A stretch of 64,000 bases of DNA. It comes from Leucoraja erinacea (lineage: Eukaryota). Position numbers and translations under genes: made by a program. The stretch is from assembly GCF_028641065.1 (NCBI RefSeq), contig NC_073388.1:24056001-24120000 (forward strand). The letters run 5' to 3'. Under the pieces are notes generated by a model. It searched no databases. It saw only the letters and a program-made list of their open reading frames with translations, and was not told where the DNA came from. Below are positions 62,242 through 64,000 of the stretch, piece after piece. Every line of letters starts with the position of its first letter. The stretch's first letter is position 1.

Positions 62242-62489
62242 TGTGGGTTTATTGAATGATCTGATCCATTTGGAATCTAAATTTAAAATAGTGGATTTGC
62301 AGACTGCAATGCCTGGGATATTGAATTAAGGGTTTTGTTTTTTCCTAATACAGATTGGTCTGGTTGGTGCACTGCTGCAAACTGAGGGATTTATAGTTAA
62401 TCATCTGCCAATGAACGCAACCTAAACAAATGTGTTTATCTAATGTCATCTACCCTGTTCATTTTTCCTCTTTTTTTTTTAAATACAAG

Positions 62490-62726
62490 AGTTCAGTTAT
62501 TTCATTGCCTGAAGCATGATGGAACTGGTGGAAGAACTCTGTTGGAAGATGGGTTTAACGCTGCAGAAAATGTACGAAAACAAAGCCCTGATAACTTTGA
62601 TTTACTCACTAAGGTGCCAATCAAGCATGAATACATAGAGAATGTAGGAGAATGTCACAATCACATGATTGGAATTGGCCCAGTTCTGAATGCTTATCCA
62701 TGGAATAACGAATTATATTTAATAAG
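62490..62726 (+). CDS. TMLHE: TMLHE coding exon 5 (GC donor; gene continues beyond the window)
   Basis: (G)VQLFHCLKHDGTGGRTLLEDGF...HNHMIGIGPVLNAYPWNNELYLI(R); 237 nt; ends ag|gcaagc. Confidence 0.93.
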
Positions 62727-64000
62727 GCAAGCAACTTTTTTTAATTTGTCTATAATCTTTGAAGGAATAAACAGACAGCCCAAACATATTCCTCGTGGTG
62801 TCAATGCTATCGACAGAGTTGGGGAACTGAGACTTTGTTATTCAAGTGTTTTTTTTTAGACTGGTAACTGACATCATTTTGCATTCCTATGGCTACATTA
62901 ACCTTATTGGGACTGCTGTAGATTGAGCTAAAATTAGTTAAAAACTGGTTTGTAATTTTAAACCAACTGACACAAGAAGACTTTTATTCAAACAAATTCC
63001 CTTTTTCCAGCTGTATATAATTGGTGAAATCTACCCACATATTTGGCTGATTTTATAATACTGTTTTAACAAAACTAAATATTGTTTTCAAATCATGATC
63101 ACCAAGAGCATCTTCTTTTGTGTTCCCATTCCGACACTTCCTTCACCCCTATCCCCCATCCTGGAGACCTTTTTATTGGAATTACTGTGGTTTTGACCAG
63201 CTGTGACTGGGGTTGGCGCCATTTGCTAAAACAACTGCAATTTGTCATGGCTGCTTTAAAGAATGTCACGTCTCCCCAAACCCATGATCTTGCACGGAAG
63301 GGAAAAGGCAGCTGGCGGATAAAAACACCACATCTCCCAATATGCACTGCATCAATTCATGGTTACTGGGTCAAAACCTAGATGGAATGCCAATGTAATG
63401 CTACACACACGCAGCAAGCTGAAGGTGGCCATAATCAATAGTGATAATTGATTGCTTGTTTTGCTGTTGATGTTTCAGCCTGTATTTAAATAGTTTAAAA
63501 TATCTCCACTAAGATTGGCTGAATGGTATATTAATGGAACGTTATATTTTTGATCGGTGCTTTAGTGTGTTAGTAGATTTTAGTTTTGGAGAAATCGCAG
63601 CAAGGAAATTGACTGCCATCCCCAAGGTAACGTCTCTGCTTATCCTTGAGCAATAACCCCAATTTATCCTTGAGCAGTAACCCCAGTAACCTCCTAGATT
63701 CTCTGTCACGTCGGTCCGCGGTTCTAATACTCTTAAATCCTTTTGTGATCTGTGTTGGTTGGAAATTCTTGTTAAGTGACTTCACACCCTCTTGCTTTAT
63801 TCTTTCTGAGAAAGTTTTCCCTGCAGTTTCAGATCCTATGCATATAATGTTGTTCTTGCTTTTCTCAAATTTTCTCCAGAGGCAACTGTTTGTAGTCCAC
63901 TGTAATTCATCTAATTTTAAAATTATTCCAAATTTTGTGAAACCCTTTTATTCCTCAATACTGGGAACATTATTCTTACCTACTGTTTTTTTTTTCTACA

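Noticed and set aside
62443-62859. 138-aa ORF as a standalone protein
   Set aside because: It is TMLHE exon 62490-62726 plus intronic flanks.

Overview
This window is eukaryotic, intron-rich DNA. The V-SINE/HE1-like, CR1, Rex/Babar, L1, Tc1 and Penelope repeats point to a cartilaginous fish, probably a skate or ray (inference). Three genes were reconstructed by hand from splice sites and protein similarity. (1) A complete SCOC-family short coiled-coil gene on the minus strand, 9143 to 3422. (2) A complete 9-exon, 313-aa RagA/B GTPase gene on the minus strand, 42226 to 26576. (3) The 5' part of TMLHE on the plus strand, 5 coding exons from 54406 to 62726, continuing past the window. Most other ORFs in the track are transposon remnants or chance frames. 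The most notable non-genic signal is a family of about 15 short Penelope-derived repeats. Each begins at a minimal hammerhead-ribozyme motif (CTGAAGA-A-GGGTCTCGACCC-GAAACGTC), and they occur as solo, tandem and fold-back units, several with 10-17 bp flanking duplications. One fold-back unit encloses a copy of the host SCOC 3'UTR. Also notable are an apparent composite Tc1 insertion, a 28-bp element made only of inverted repeats with an 8-bp target-site duplication (TSD), unusual substitutions in RagA switch I and the TMLHE HxD motif, a GC-AG intron, and a probable assembly chimera near 27.3 kb. No database searches were run; family names rest on recalled motifs.
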